A DNA stretch of 64,000 nucleotides. Source: the human T2T-CHM13v2.0 reference genome, Homo sapiens. The stretch lies in the NCBI RefSeq assembly GCF_009914755.1, contig NC_060936.1; one strand, given 5' to 3'. The notes under the pieces are model-generated. The model saw only the letters and a list, made by a program, of their open reading frames with translations, did no database searches and had not been told where the DNA came from. Numbering within the stretch: position 1 is the first letter of the stretch; each line of letters starts with the position of its first letter. The position numbers and the translations under genes were made by a program. Below, piece by piece: positions 34,638 to 47,722 of this stretch.

Positions 34638-34685
34638 CTGCTGCTGCTGCTGCTGCTACTGTTGCTGCGGCTGCTGCTACTGCTG
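34638..34685. repeat. Interrupted CTG/CAG trinucleotide repeat, 16 triplets
   Basis: (CTG)6 CTA CTG TTG CTG CGG (CTG)2 CTA (CTG)2. Confidence 0.97.
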
Positions 34686-35602
34686 GTCTGGGCATTATGT
34701 CCAACTGTAAAGGAATATTCTTATACAGAAAAACAATTCCAATTTCAACATAAAAAAGCAATTTAAACTTGAGAAACATTGAGCTGCACCTAGAACTGAT
34801 GTCTTTCTTTTCTAAATAGAAGAAGAAATTGTTCTTGTCTAAATACGGGCATTTTGATTGCTTGATTCCACTGATCCCTATTAGCTGCTTGCTACATTAC
34901 ATTCTAAATGGATGTGCACTTGCCTTCTTTGTCATGAAAGTAATTTAATCTCTAACATTGATTTTTTAAAATGTTCCTTGGACTTCTAACTGGATCACTT
35001 CTCATTGATGCTGTTACATTGCTATGGCATTTTGAACTTAGCAAATGACATTAAAAATCACCTTTCTTAAATTACATTTGAGCTTAGGCGAAATAGCAGA
35101 GAAGCACATGCTTTGTTCCTTTCCTACAAAATGAAGAGAGCTTAAACTAAGGGCTCTCTTTGGTTTGGAGGAGAGAAAGTCAGGGAGATGGCAGAGCAGC
35201 TGTGTCTTGTTTTTGAGAGAGGAGAAAATTCAGGCTCATACTTTTAGAGCTGCCAGGCAGCAAAGCTTCTGTGCAAAACTGCCCTGTTTTTGCCACTGGC
35301 AACTCCACCCTTGTTGTTCCCAGAAACACCCTCCAGTTTCCCTTCCTTTAAACTATCATTTTCCTCTCCCACTAGTTAGCAGAATCATTACTGTTAAATA
35401 ATAACCAAGTAGATTTTCTTATACGGTTTGAAGAAACCAATTAATTTTATAGTCTTGCTACATTCATGTTAAATCTTAGGTAGCATTTCTATATTTTATA
35501 TGTGGGTAGAAGAACTAGGCTAAAGGTAGAGAAACATGTTTACTGCATATGTGAATAGAGCACCTTATAGTCTTAACAAGAATTCACTGTTTTGGTCTAA
35601 GC

Positions 35603-35785
35603 TAGTAGTTCTCAGTGTGTAGTTCCTGGATTTACAGCATCAGCATCATCTGGGGACTAGTTAAATGTGCAAATTTTTGGGCATCAACCAACTTTCTGAA
35701 TCAGAAACTTGTGTTGGAGACCAGAAATTTGTTTTAAAAACCCTCTAGGTGATTTCTTTTGCACACTAAAATTTTGGAACTACCT
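35603..35785. mobile_element. MER5A hAT MITE
   Basis: agtagttctca...cagcatcagcatcatctgggg...gaatcagaaact...ccctctaggtgatt. Confidence 0.85.
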
Positions 35786-36267
35786 CTATGCCATGAGATT
35801 CCCTATATTCCTTTATTAAGCCAGCAAACATGTTTAAGCGTGTTCTTCGTATTATGATCCATAAAAAAATATAAAAATCTCTATCCTTAGTGTGGTAATA
35901 TGGTATGTAGGGAGAACAGAGTTTACACAAAAAGCCATAACAGGCACTTCTGATAATCTGTTTTTGCTACTTCTGGGTTTTCCTAGGTTAGGGTCTGTAC
36001 ATAAGAGTGAATGAACCATACTAACCAATGGTGAGGAGGCAAAATTAACATATGTATTTGTAGAAAAGAACAGCTCCGGATGCGGTTGAAGACACCAAGT
36101 TTCAGACTCTGAGGATATAAAAAGAAGATTTTTTTCTATTTTATATTGAGAAAGAATGGCTAATCAAGAGCATTGAAAAATGGTGGGAGAGAAGATAGGC
36201 GAGCTAGGATAATCTAGCTTGAAAGGAAAATTAAATTATACACTGTCTACGTAAACAGCATTATCTT

Positions 36268-36500
36268 AGCCTGTTGACTCAGCTGGTTAGAGTTCTAAGT
36301 CACAGATTCAATTCCCTACTGAGAATGGATGAACTATTTTCATTCTCTGACTACAATTTACATCCCGCTTCACAATCCAAGACATCAAATACAGATGGAA
36401 TGAGGGGTGGGTGAAGGATTGTGGATCATTACACATTCATCCCTCTTTGGGGGTGAATGACTGAAAGCTACTGAAGGTGGGTGGTAGCACCATCTTTGTA
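36268..36500 (+). mobile_element. tRNA-derived ancient SINE (MamSINE1-like)
   Basis: Degenerate A box (ctcagctggttagag) and B box (gattcaattccc); tail tgtggatca...aaagctactgaaggtgggtggtagcaccatct matches the recalled MamSINE1 3' part. Confidence 0.7.
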
Positions 36501-37866
36501 GGAGATAGTAGATAATAAATGGTAAATTTCTCAAATTCTTTCTCAAAGCTTTCATTGGTGTGAAGATTTTTTTTCTTTTTTAAGGTAAATTTACCTTTTT
36601 TAAGAAAGAACATAATTTCTCAAGGAAAGTTCATAAGGTATAATTTGTAAGACTATGATAATTTTTATGTTATATAACTAGTAAAATGTTTCATTTGGCA
36701 AAAATATTTATATCAGCATATAAGCATGTGGCTCTCCTATGCACATTAAATAAATGTTGATGATATTAAAAATTAGAGGTTAATCTCTTGCAACCTTATA
36801 AGGAGACAAAAATTAAATGCTTCACTCTTAAATATAGTAGGCTGAATCCACTAACATTAGCTATGGATGCCTCAAAGTTTCCATGCAAAATCTTGTTCCT
36901 AACTAAGCCGTAGGGAATTTCCTCAAGGTAAAACTTGAGCATAATATCTGTTCTCAGCAGATTGTTTTACACAGTTTTTGAGTGCCAAGTTATCATAAAA
37001 GATGAACATAGAGTGGAATACTCATATGCCAGTTTTTCCCTATGTGTAATGTTTGAATAAATAGGAAAAGTTTATAGTGGATGTAATGATAGTACTGAAT
37101 GCCAGTGAAAAAAGAGTAAGTTTTCTTTATATTTCCCCAACATTTAACACCAGGAAACCTTCCTACATGCTTCAAGTGAAAACCCAAAAGATTGCTTTTT
37201 TTTAAAAAAATCACTTTTAAAGAAATAAAAGGTAGGATATCTATACACACATAAATGCATTCATAAATTAATAGCTGGGTATGTCGATCTTGGGCTGTAT
37301 TCATGGAAATATGCCATGCTTTGTATATGAGCATAATGCCATTTGTTAGCTATCATTAAGTCTGTTTTTCTAATACAGGGATAAATAACGGTATGGAAAT
37401 TTGAACTTACAAAAATATATTTTTAAAAAGCAGTTGATAATACATTGATTATTTAAACTTGATTTTCTAGTATAAAAACAACCAATAAAAAGGATTTTGT
37501 TTTCTTTTTGTTTAAGGGGTCTTACAGCACTTCAAATGTTCATTTTAAAAGCATTAAGCAAAATACTTTGGTTAAAATATCAATATTCTCCATAATATAG
37601 TAGGGGAAAATAAAATTTTAATTAAACAATTCACCAGATAATTAAATTATACTCTCTATGGAAACCAGGGATTAAAACCTGAAATGTCTTTAGGAGTCAG
37701 GCAGGTAATATAAATGGTGAAGCAGGCTGTGTGTTGCATGGAGACAATTCTTGAACTGAAGAGTTTACATTTAGCCTAGAGGAAGTAGCAGGACTCAGCT
37801 CAGTCCATATAGTTATACAAGTACAATGTTTTTAGATCTTTTGATTGTCAAAAGAAACTCCAAATC

Positions 37867-38149
<283 letters not shown>

Positions 38150-38402
38150 CCAAATCTAGATCTTTTAAAAATACAACCTTTAAATTATTTAATTCTGGGA
38201 ATTAAGTAATTTTTTAAAAACATTGTATTTTTCAAACAAAATATACCTGCTGGATATGATTTGCTCTGTGATCTATCAGTTTGTGACCCTTCATTTTAAC
38301 CCCAAATTGCAGTATTCTCATCTGTCTTTCTCTGGCATATAAAATGCTGAATGCCAAATGTAGATAATCTCAAGCTATTGTAAAATGTAAGTGAGGAAAT
38401 AA

Positions 38403-38497
38403 CCAGGCTGGGTGTTACACATGTGGGGAGGATTGCTTGAGCCCAGGAATTCAAGGCCAGCCTGGGCAGCATAATGAGACCCCTTTTCTATAAAAAG
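38403..38497 (+). mobile_element. FLAM/AluJ monomer fragment
   Basis: ggaggattgcttgagcccaggaattcaaggccagcctgggcagc. Confidence 0.85.
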
Positions 38498-38704
38498 AAG
38501 AGAGGAAAAGACTGACTATCATTGAATACTTGTTAAATATTTATTTGGAAAATTAATACAATATGCATTTTGGGGGAAGTTAAGGCCTCACCAGTATCAG
38601 CATGCACACCCATTGGCACATGAACTTGTTTCCACAGAATGAGTAAAATAGGAATGTTAATTTTATTGATCCAACACCACTGACTCATTGGGGAAAAAAA
38701 AGCC

Positions 38705-38738
38705 AGAGAGAGAGAGCTCTTTCTCTCTCTCTCTCTCT

Positions 38739-38777
<39 letters not shown>
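38705..38777. repeat. Compound microsatellite (GA)n-(TC)n-(CA)n
   Basis: Read directly from the sequence. Confidence 0.95.
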
Positions 38778-38786
<9 letters not shown>

Positions 38787-39589
38787 GTGTAACATCAGTA
38801 GGAGTCACTGTACAATAGCATATCTGAAAGGCCAAGGTCCATATCTTTACAGATTAAGCTCTAATATATCTTCAACTTCATGCTGGGTGTCTAGTAAAGT
38901 ATGTGTAAACATTAAGTAAAGTTTTCAGGACTTATTAGAGCATACTGTTTGAAAGTGACAGAGGTCTTGCTTTATAATTCTTATCGTCATTGAACTTCTA
39001 ACACATGCAGACACAATATGGATCATTAACAGAAATGGTCAGTTCTTGCTGTGAATGAATGAGCCTGTTTTTATGAACTAAAGAGATGCATGTTGAGAAA
39101 AAGATAAGGAATAGTGGGGTTTTATTGTATTGATGGTTTAGAATTATCATCTCAGGTGCATATTAAATGTGTTAGAGGGTGAGCCTTTTTAAAGTAAGCA
39201 TTTAAATTTTAAGTATAACATACATATGGAAAAGTGCATACATCATTAAACAGATTAATAAAGTTTTACAAGATAAACACATTTTGTATTTACTTTAGAG
39301 AAAGTAAACACAAAATAATACACAAGGCTGTGTATTATTTTCAAAGAACCAAGCTTGAAATTTTTTGAAATGACTTCATAATGCATTTTGCATATTTGGT
39401 TATTTCTGAAATATACCTCTCAAAACAACATTACCTCTAACTTGTGCAGTTTTATTTCTTCCCCCCACCCATTTTTTTTGTTCTTGATGACCCTTTGGTT
39501 AAACTTTGGATCATTTATTTCTGTAAAGCATTCATCTCCTAGAGTCTTTTCATCACACAACACCAAGGCTGTATCTTGAGCAAATTCCC

Positions 39590-40060
39590 CTTCCTTCCCT
39601 TCCTTCCTTCCTTCCTTCCTTCCTTCCTTCCTTCCTTCCTTCCTTCCTTCCTTCCTTCGTTCCTTCATTCCTTCCTTCCTCCCTCCCTCCCTCCCTTCCC
39701 TTCCTCCTTTCCTCCTTTCCTCCCTGTCTCCCTTTCTCTCTTTCTTTTCTTCTTTCTTTCTTTCTCTTTTTTGAGACAGGGTTTTGCTCTGTTACTCAGG
39801 CTGGACTGCAGTGACATGATCATAGGTCATGGCAGCCTGAATCTCCTGGGCTCAAGCGATCCTCCCACCTTAGCCCCTCAGGTCGCTGGGACTATAGTTG
39901 TGCACCACCATGCCCAGCTAATTAAAAAAATTTTTTTTTGTAGAGACAGAAGTCTCCCCACATTACCAAGACTGGTCTCAAACTCCTGGCCTCAAGCAAT
40001 CCTCCTGCCTTGGCTTCCCAAAGTGCTGGGGTTACAGGTGTGAGCCACCCCACCCGACCC
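39590..40060 (-). mobile_element. AluJ with tail expanded to (TTCC)n
   Basis: Alu body 39770-40060; pyrimidine repeat 39590-39770. Confidence 0.94.
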
Positions 40061-40231
40061 ATTAGTATTGCATCTAAGTTATTCACTGGAGTTACAAGAT
40101 AAACATTCTCTAATTTGATACTTACTTTTTGAAAAGAAGGACAAAAATATTACTTAGAAAGGGATTTTAGTCACAGTACCTAAAAATGTATAAATAATGC
40201 CATTACCTTTTAAAAATGATAAAATTTCTGT

Positions 40232-40562
40232 ATTTTATTTATTTATTTGTATTTATTTATTTATTCATTTTGAGATTGAGTTTCTCTCTTGTTGGCCAGG
40301 CTGGACTGCAATGGCACAATCTTGGCTCACTGCAACCTCTGCCTCCTGAGCTCAAGCGATTCTCCTGCCTCAGCCTCCTGAGTAGTTAAGACTACAGGTG
40401 TGCGCCACCAACCACTATGCCCAGCTAATTTTTTTGTACTTTTAGTAGAGACAGGGTTTCACCATTTGGCCAGGCTAGTCTCAAACTCCTGATCTCAGGT
40501 GATCTGCCCTCCTCAGCCTCCCAAAGTGCTGGGATTATAGGTGTGAGCCACCACGCCCAGCC
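40232..40562 (-). mobile_element. AluS with (TTTA)n tail
   Basis: Full dimer; imperfect TSD aaatttMtgtatttt. Confidence 0.94.
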
Positions 40563-41189
40563 TAAATTTATGTATTTTCAAGTTAACTTTCTTGCAAAGA
40601 AGAGGAAGAAGGCAGCACATTCAGAAAAATTTATTATTAAAATTAGAGCCTATCGTTAGATTCATCTGAGCAATTTTACTATAAAGCATATACCTATAAA
40701 CATATTATGTAATATCTCCTGTTTGAATAAAGCAGGTCTCCTGTTTGAATAATCAGGTCACATATCACAATCAAAACAATGATAAACATATGTTGTAACC
40801 TAGTAACATGATTTAAAATTTCACTATCTTACATAATCAAAGTATCATTTAAGTAGGTGAGCCAAAATGATTACATGTACCTGAGACTATTAATCAAAAA
40901 ATTCAGAAGAAAGTTTATTGTCTGCTTATGATAAGAATGCTACTTTCTCTACTTGGAGTTTCTGACTGATTACTTACATGAAGTTAGACTATGATGGTAG
41001 TGTTTTAAATTGACACCCAAAGATTCTCTGGCTCTTCTTCAGAGTGATGGTGCAAAGTAGGCTATCAATAATTATAATTGAGGGAGACAGCCCAAACTTG
41101 GAATGTTTTCTTTGATCTTCACGGATAATAATATACATATTACAGAACCACAGGCCATTGCATCAGTAAATTACTAATGAAAGTGTATC

Positions 41190-41574
<385 letters not shown>

Positions 41575-41582
41575 TTATATAA

Positions 41583-41780
<198 letters not shown>

Positions 41781-43381
41781 TAATTTATTCTAATTTGTGA
41801 AATTCCGAATTTATTTCTAATTCAGATCTACTGTACTGTAAGTACCTAGACAAAATTCTTCATGGAATGCTCCCAGAGCAAGGCACTGATAATGATGTTT
41901 TGTGTATGGTTATATGACTAGCAGAGAGTTGAACGTATTTATGTGTATAAACACTGGATGATTTGGTCCACTCAATAGACATTGTGTTAGGTACTAAGGA
42001 TTCAAAGATGAATTTTCAGCTTTGAGAAAGTCAGTAATAGTTAGTGGGACAGACACATAAACCCATAATTGCAATATGATATTGCAAATGTAAAGTAGGA
42101 AGCAGGCACAGAATGCTGTAGAAACACAGAAGAATTATGTGGACTATGGTTTTCATGAGTGTGCATCTCCAAGTAGGGAATCCAGTTTGGAGAAAATTTA
42201 AGTACAAAAGATAATGAGGGCCTGAATCAGGGCAACAGTCTGAGGGAAGGGGATGGAGTTGAGCAATACATAGGAGGTTTAAGAGGCAGGATTTAATGAT
42301 TGATTAGATGAAAGGAGAAATACAGATAGAAAGAGAAAGAGATGATGAACAGAGAGAGAAAGAGGTGATGAACAGGCTTAGATGAAGGTGCTATTAATTG
42401 AGATTGGCAAGACAAGAGAAAAACCAGGTTTGGAGGAAATGTGGAATTGATTGGGGCAAGGAGCTGAAGTTGGGGTACTTGTGGCATATCTTTGTACATA
42501 TGTCAAACACACAGTTTAAGAGTCTGAAGCTTGATTAAAGGTAAAATGCTAGTACTGGAGGAGATATTGAAGACCTAGGAGAGTAAAAGAATAATAAATG
42601 GGTCTTCATGGTGATACTCTGAATCTTATCATTATCCTGATCATTCTTCATCTAGCATCTTAAATACTCTTACATCCCCTAATTCCTCTCTGAATGCTAC
42701 CACATCCTCGACTTCACTAAAACCAACCATGTTCTTATTCAAGGAAGCATTTGAGAGCTTAATATCAAATCAGCCTTGAGGCTGGTGTCACTTTAACATT
42801 ATCTGAGATATTGCCCCTTTTCTTAGTGTTAGCAACAGTTCTTAATCCTCTTGGCTCATGACTGTATCATACTTCCCAGTCCATACTCCAAGTTGTTTAG
42901 CATTGCCTTACTCCCATAAATGCTCCTAGGGACTGGAACCATATCTAGACCTCATGTCTGGTTCCTTGCTGCAAGACTGCCTGACTCAGGGTGGCACCCT
43001 CGTGCCTGGGTCTGCTGCTTCTTTGTAGTGAACTTTTATTGTTTATGGATCCCAATGTTCACTCACACTCCTTCTAGGAAAGAACTTCAACAGATTTCCA
43101 AGTGATGAATTTCTCCCTTCCCCCATGGCACAGTTGGTTACTGTAAAGCTGACCCCAAGCCACTCTGCAAGAGTCTTCAGACAGTTATTACTTTAGATTA
43201 GCTTAACTCCAGTGATTCCTTTCCCCCAATTCGTGCGTGTGGATGATTTCTCACTTTTTCTGCTGGATGTGACTGAGAAAGCATTTAGCCCTGGGAGGTG
43301 CTGGTGATCTGAGAATGAAGTCATTCAAAGGAAAAAATGAAAAGACTATGTCCTGATAATAATATCTGGACCCTCCTTTGA

Positions 43382-44035
<654 letters not shown>

Positions 44036-44584
44036 TAGAGTAGTAAATCCCCAGGTATGGTGGCAGCCAGTGTGGAAAGCCTGTTCTCTCTAAAGAAGCT
44101 GGAAGTAGGAAAAGGAGGACTGGGTTGGGGGTTGGAGATGGCAACAGCAGGGTCCTGAATGCCTGGACTGGCTGAGAGGGGCTAGGCTGTTTGCTCACAG
44201 GATCTTAAACCAGAAGTAACTACTAGAAGCAATATTGCGGGAACTGCCACACTCAGGTCTGGTCCACACTGAGTCACTAGGGTGAAGAAAGGGAGTCTGG
44301 ATTCAAAGCCAAATAAAATGGAGAAGGGGCACTTGAAGAGAGGAGAGGTTCCAATTAAGTGGTGGTGAGCAATGCTTGGAAATATTCCACCAGCTTAGAG
44401 TAGGGAATCTTCTTATTTCATTATTGTGGCTGTGGGCAGAAGAGCACTAAATCACTTAACGGAAAGACAGAAGGGCAGATTCTTGGACTTTTAGTCATCT
44501 CATTTTTGGGATTTGATTTGTATCCTGCTTGACACTGCTTACCTCTATATCCAGTCATCACCTGGCTTTTCTTTCTGCTTAGAT

Positions 44585-44985
44585 CCATTCATTTAATCAA
44601 CAAATATTTGCTGTCTGTTAAGCATTGTGTTAGGTGCTGGAGATGTAGCAGTGAACAAAACAAAACTGCTGCCCTCATAAGCTTATATTCTATATATTCA
44701 GAGACAGAGATAAATGAACAAATAGAAATAACCATGGGAATAATGATAAGTGCTATGAAGACAAATAGAGCAAGATCTGAATTAGGTCACGCAGAAACCC
44801 ACGGGACAAGCTTTGCAGGCAGAGAGAACAGCATGTGCCACAGAAGCATGCTGGATCTGTTTGAAACCTGCAAGGAGGGCAGTGCATGAAAGGGGAGGCT
44901 GGCGGGAGAGGAAGTCGCAGGGATAGACAGAGGCCTGAGAATGTAGGAGCTTATGGGCCATAACAAAGACTCTGGATTTAGATGG
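44585..44985 (-). mobile_element. L2 LINE 3' fragment
   Basis: cattcatttaatcaacaaatatttg...tgtgttaggtgctggagat...gataagtgctatgaag. Confidence 0.75.
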
Positions 44986-45784
44986 TACTTGCTACTCTGA
45001 TCCAGTTCTAAAATGCCAGCTCTTTGTGTTCAAGGTTCAGAGGGTTAAGAAAGAATGAATCAGAGACAGGACTTTGAGAGCTCAGGGAGTGGGTTAAACA
45101 GATGAGATAACAATGCTAAGGCTCTGGCCAAACTCACATCCCACAGTGCAACCACACCCTGCTTAGATTTCATTTCTATCTTTAAACTGGAGTTTGAGCA
45201 GAATGGGAGTGGAGGTTCAAACTGCCTCCTTGTGAGAATTCTCTTCTGATCTCTTTCCACTGCGTGCCTGGGCAGGGAAAATGGAAGATCGGCACAAGTG
45301 AGTGTGAGATCAGAAGAGAATTATGCAGCTGATACTCTAGTTAAAAGGAATTCTAGCATTCACCCCTACTCCAAAATTATCAGTGGCTATTTCTGCCAAA
45401 GCAAAGGTTGACACTATAATGCTATACTGATTTGCTCTTCATTTTACAGAAAGCATATTTCTATAACTTAAAGATAAAAGTCAAACAGAAGACCCTACAT
45501 ATTGTGATCTCTTAACTTGTCCTGATAAGTTAATCCTTTGGAAAGTATTGAATAATTTACCCTGCTTAGAAAAATATTCACTATTTGCTTTAAATGGTAG
45601 GCTTAAGAGTGATTTTTCTTTCTTCCATATTTTCTTTGTTGAATGGTAATTCATTGTATGGCAGAAAAAAGAAACTTTGTTAAAATGAAAAAGACATTTG
45701 TAAATATTTTGTATCAGAAACATCTATATTAGAAATGGATGCAAGCAAATGACTATACTCAGGTTTGGGGTTGGCAGAACAGAA

Positions 45785-45869
45785 GAATAGAATAGAATAG
45801 AATAGAATTAGAATAGAATAGAATAGAATAGAATAGAATAGAATAGAATAGAATAGAATAGAATAGAAT
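45785..45869. repeat. (GAATA)n / (ATTCT)n pentanucleotide repeat
   Basis: (GAATA)4 GAATTA (GAATA)11 GAAT. Confidence 0.97.
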
Positions 45870-47607
45870 CAAGTATTTTGAGAACTTAGATATTCTTTTA
45901 AATTATCCTGACTTTTTTAACATGAGAAAATTAAGTTTGAAGAAGTTTGGCTTAAGTTTGTCTTTCAAACTTTGCATGAAAATTTAGGTAATCTGTTCTA
46001 TCTGTTAGGTAATCTGTTCTATCTGTTTTAACTTTTAGTTATCCCTGCTGTCAAAGGTAGTCATTTTATTGTGATTATATTTTTTGTAGATGCACAAAAG
46101 TCTGGAGGATGGTATCTCCCATGGGGTTGGTTATAGTATTTTGGCGAAAATTAGCTAGTCATTTATTTCATACATACAGGTCTATATCTATGTCTACGTT
46201 TACATCTTACCTATATTTTAACTGTAATTCACATAAAGAAATGTATTTAATATTGAGACCTAGCACATACACATACACTTAAAACAAAAGTTTCTTTCTT
46301 TTCTTCTTTGTTTTTCAATTCTATTTTATTCTTTTCTGTTTAATTAAACTTCTGGTCCCAATCCACTGAACTGATTTTATAACCCACTTTTGGGTCTCAA
46401 CTCGCAGTTAGAAAAGAAAGTATGATTTTGAAAAAAAATTCTTTTGGATTGAGAACTAAAATTTAAGCTATTAGCTAATGATGAAATCCATAATGGCTGT
46501 AAAGTGAAGGTGGGGATTATTTTGGGATCATAGTCCTAGGCTTTGGTGGTTGCTATCATGGAATGAGTTTATTCTCTACTCCTGGACCTGATGGCCAATG
46601 GCCATAAGTTTGACCATAAATATGTCTTTTTTCTTGGTGCCATTGATTAGCTTAACTGGCCTTGCAGTACTAGCAAAAATATCACAAGTTCTTGAACCAC
46701 TCGCGCTATACTATGAGCCATAAATATTTGCTTATAACTTTATACTTTAGGTTTCATTAGGCAGACAGAGAGGGAAATTGAGAGCAAAGTTCACTACTGA
46801 ATTTATACATGAGATTCAATCATCAATCCAAAGTTCACTTAGAACTTTCAATGAAACTGTGAAGGCTTTAATCCTGTCCAATACATTGAAGTCCACATAA
46901 ATCCCATATAAGTTAATTATTTTGAACAGATCTGTAGCTTAAATATCTCAGAACACATACCATCCTTTTTTTACTCTGTATCCCTTAGGCAACAGCAATG
47001 TGTTGAAACTCATTGTAGGGGATAGCTTTTGTTCTTGCCAACTGAATATCCATGAAGTCTATCCATGAAGTAACTTTCCTCTTGAGTACCATCCACCTCT
47101 TCCCCTTCTCAGTCTTGCAGTGTAAGTCATGAGGGTAGGGACCAATTCTCAGAACTGTTTGCTGGATTTTTGCAATACACCCACCCTCACCCCCCGCTGC
47201 CTCCTCCCTGACACCCCCTGTCATTGCATTTGAATCCTAAGGCATCCTCAACCTCACTCCAGCCTTCAGGGCCAATATTGAAAAGAGGCAAGAATCATCT
47301 AAAGAATTCTATGATGCAGCATCATGATTTTTGTTCCTAAATTGGTTTCTGACTTTGTGCCTCAGTTCTAATGATGGGTTATCCACCTTGATAGCTGGGT
47401 CCTGTCACTGTATGTAACTTGTCTATTCTCTGAAAACCTGACACTTTGCCTTACTCTTAGTTGATACTAGAGATTTAGATTATGACTGCATCAATTGTCT
47501 GACTTCGCTGGTACTACTGACCTGATTTACTGGCTCTCTTTACTTTTCTGTAAACTCTTGGGAAACTGATCTATAGTCACTAGGCATCTCATGATTAAGA
47601 GTGTTCC

Positions 47608-47722
47608 AGGCTAGGTGCAGTGGCTTATGCCTGTAATCCCAGCACTTTGGGAAGTCAAGGTGGGAGAATCGCTTGAGGCCAGGAGTTTGAGACCAGCCTA
47701 GGCAACAGCAAGACCCCATCTG
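47608..47722 (+). mobile_element. FLAM/AluJ left monomer
   Basis: Single arm, no tail. Confidence 0.9.

Noticed and set aside
34542-34766. Poly-Leu ORF resembling a signal peptide
   Set aside because: The hydrophobic run is just the CTG repeat; no supporting plus-strand gene structure.
36268-36320. tRNA gene
   Set aside because: Anticodon arm missing and no acceptor stem; better explained as a SINE head.
36582-36597. 16-bp perfect palindrome aaggtaaatttacctt
   Set aside because: About chance expectation for 64 kb of AT-rich DNA.
45241-45318. Resemblance of the hairpin arms to the Illumina adapter (CTCTTCCGATCT / AGATCGGAAGAG)
   Set aside because: Both arms mismatch at the CpG and adjacent adapter bases are absent, so contamination is unlikely.
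46474-46595. C/D box snoRNA-like arrangement (ATGATGA 46478, CTGA 46588, gcta/tggc stem)
   Set aside because: Non-canonical stem spacing, no clear C'/D' boxes, no rRNA guide that I recognise; expected by chance.
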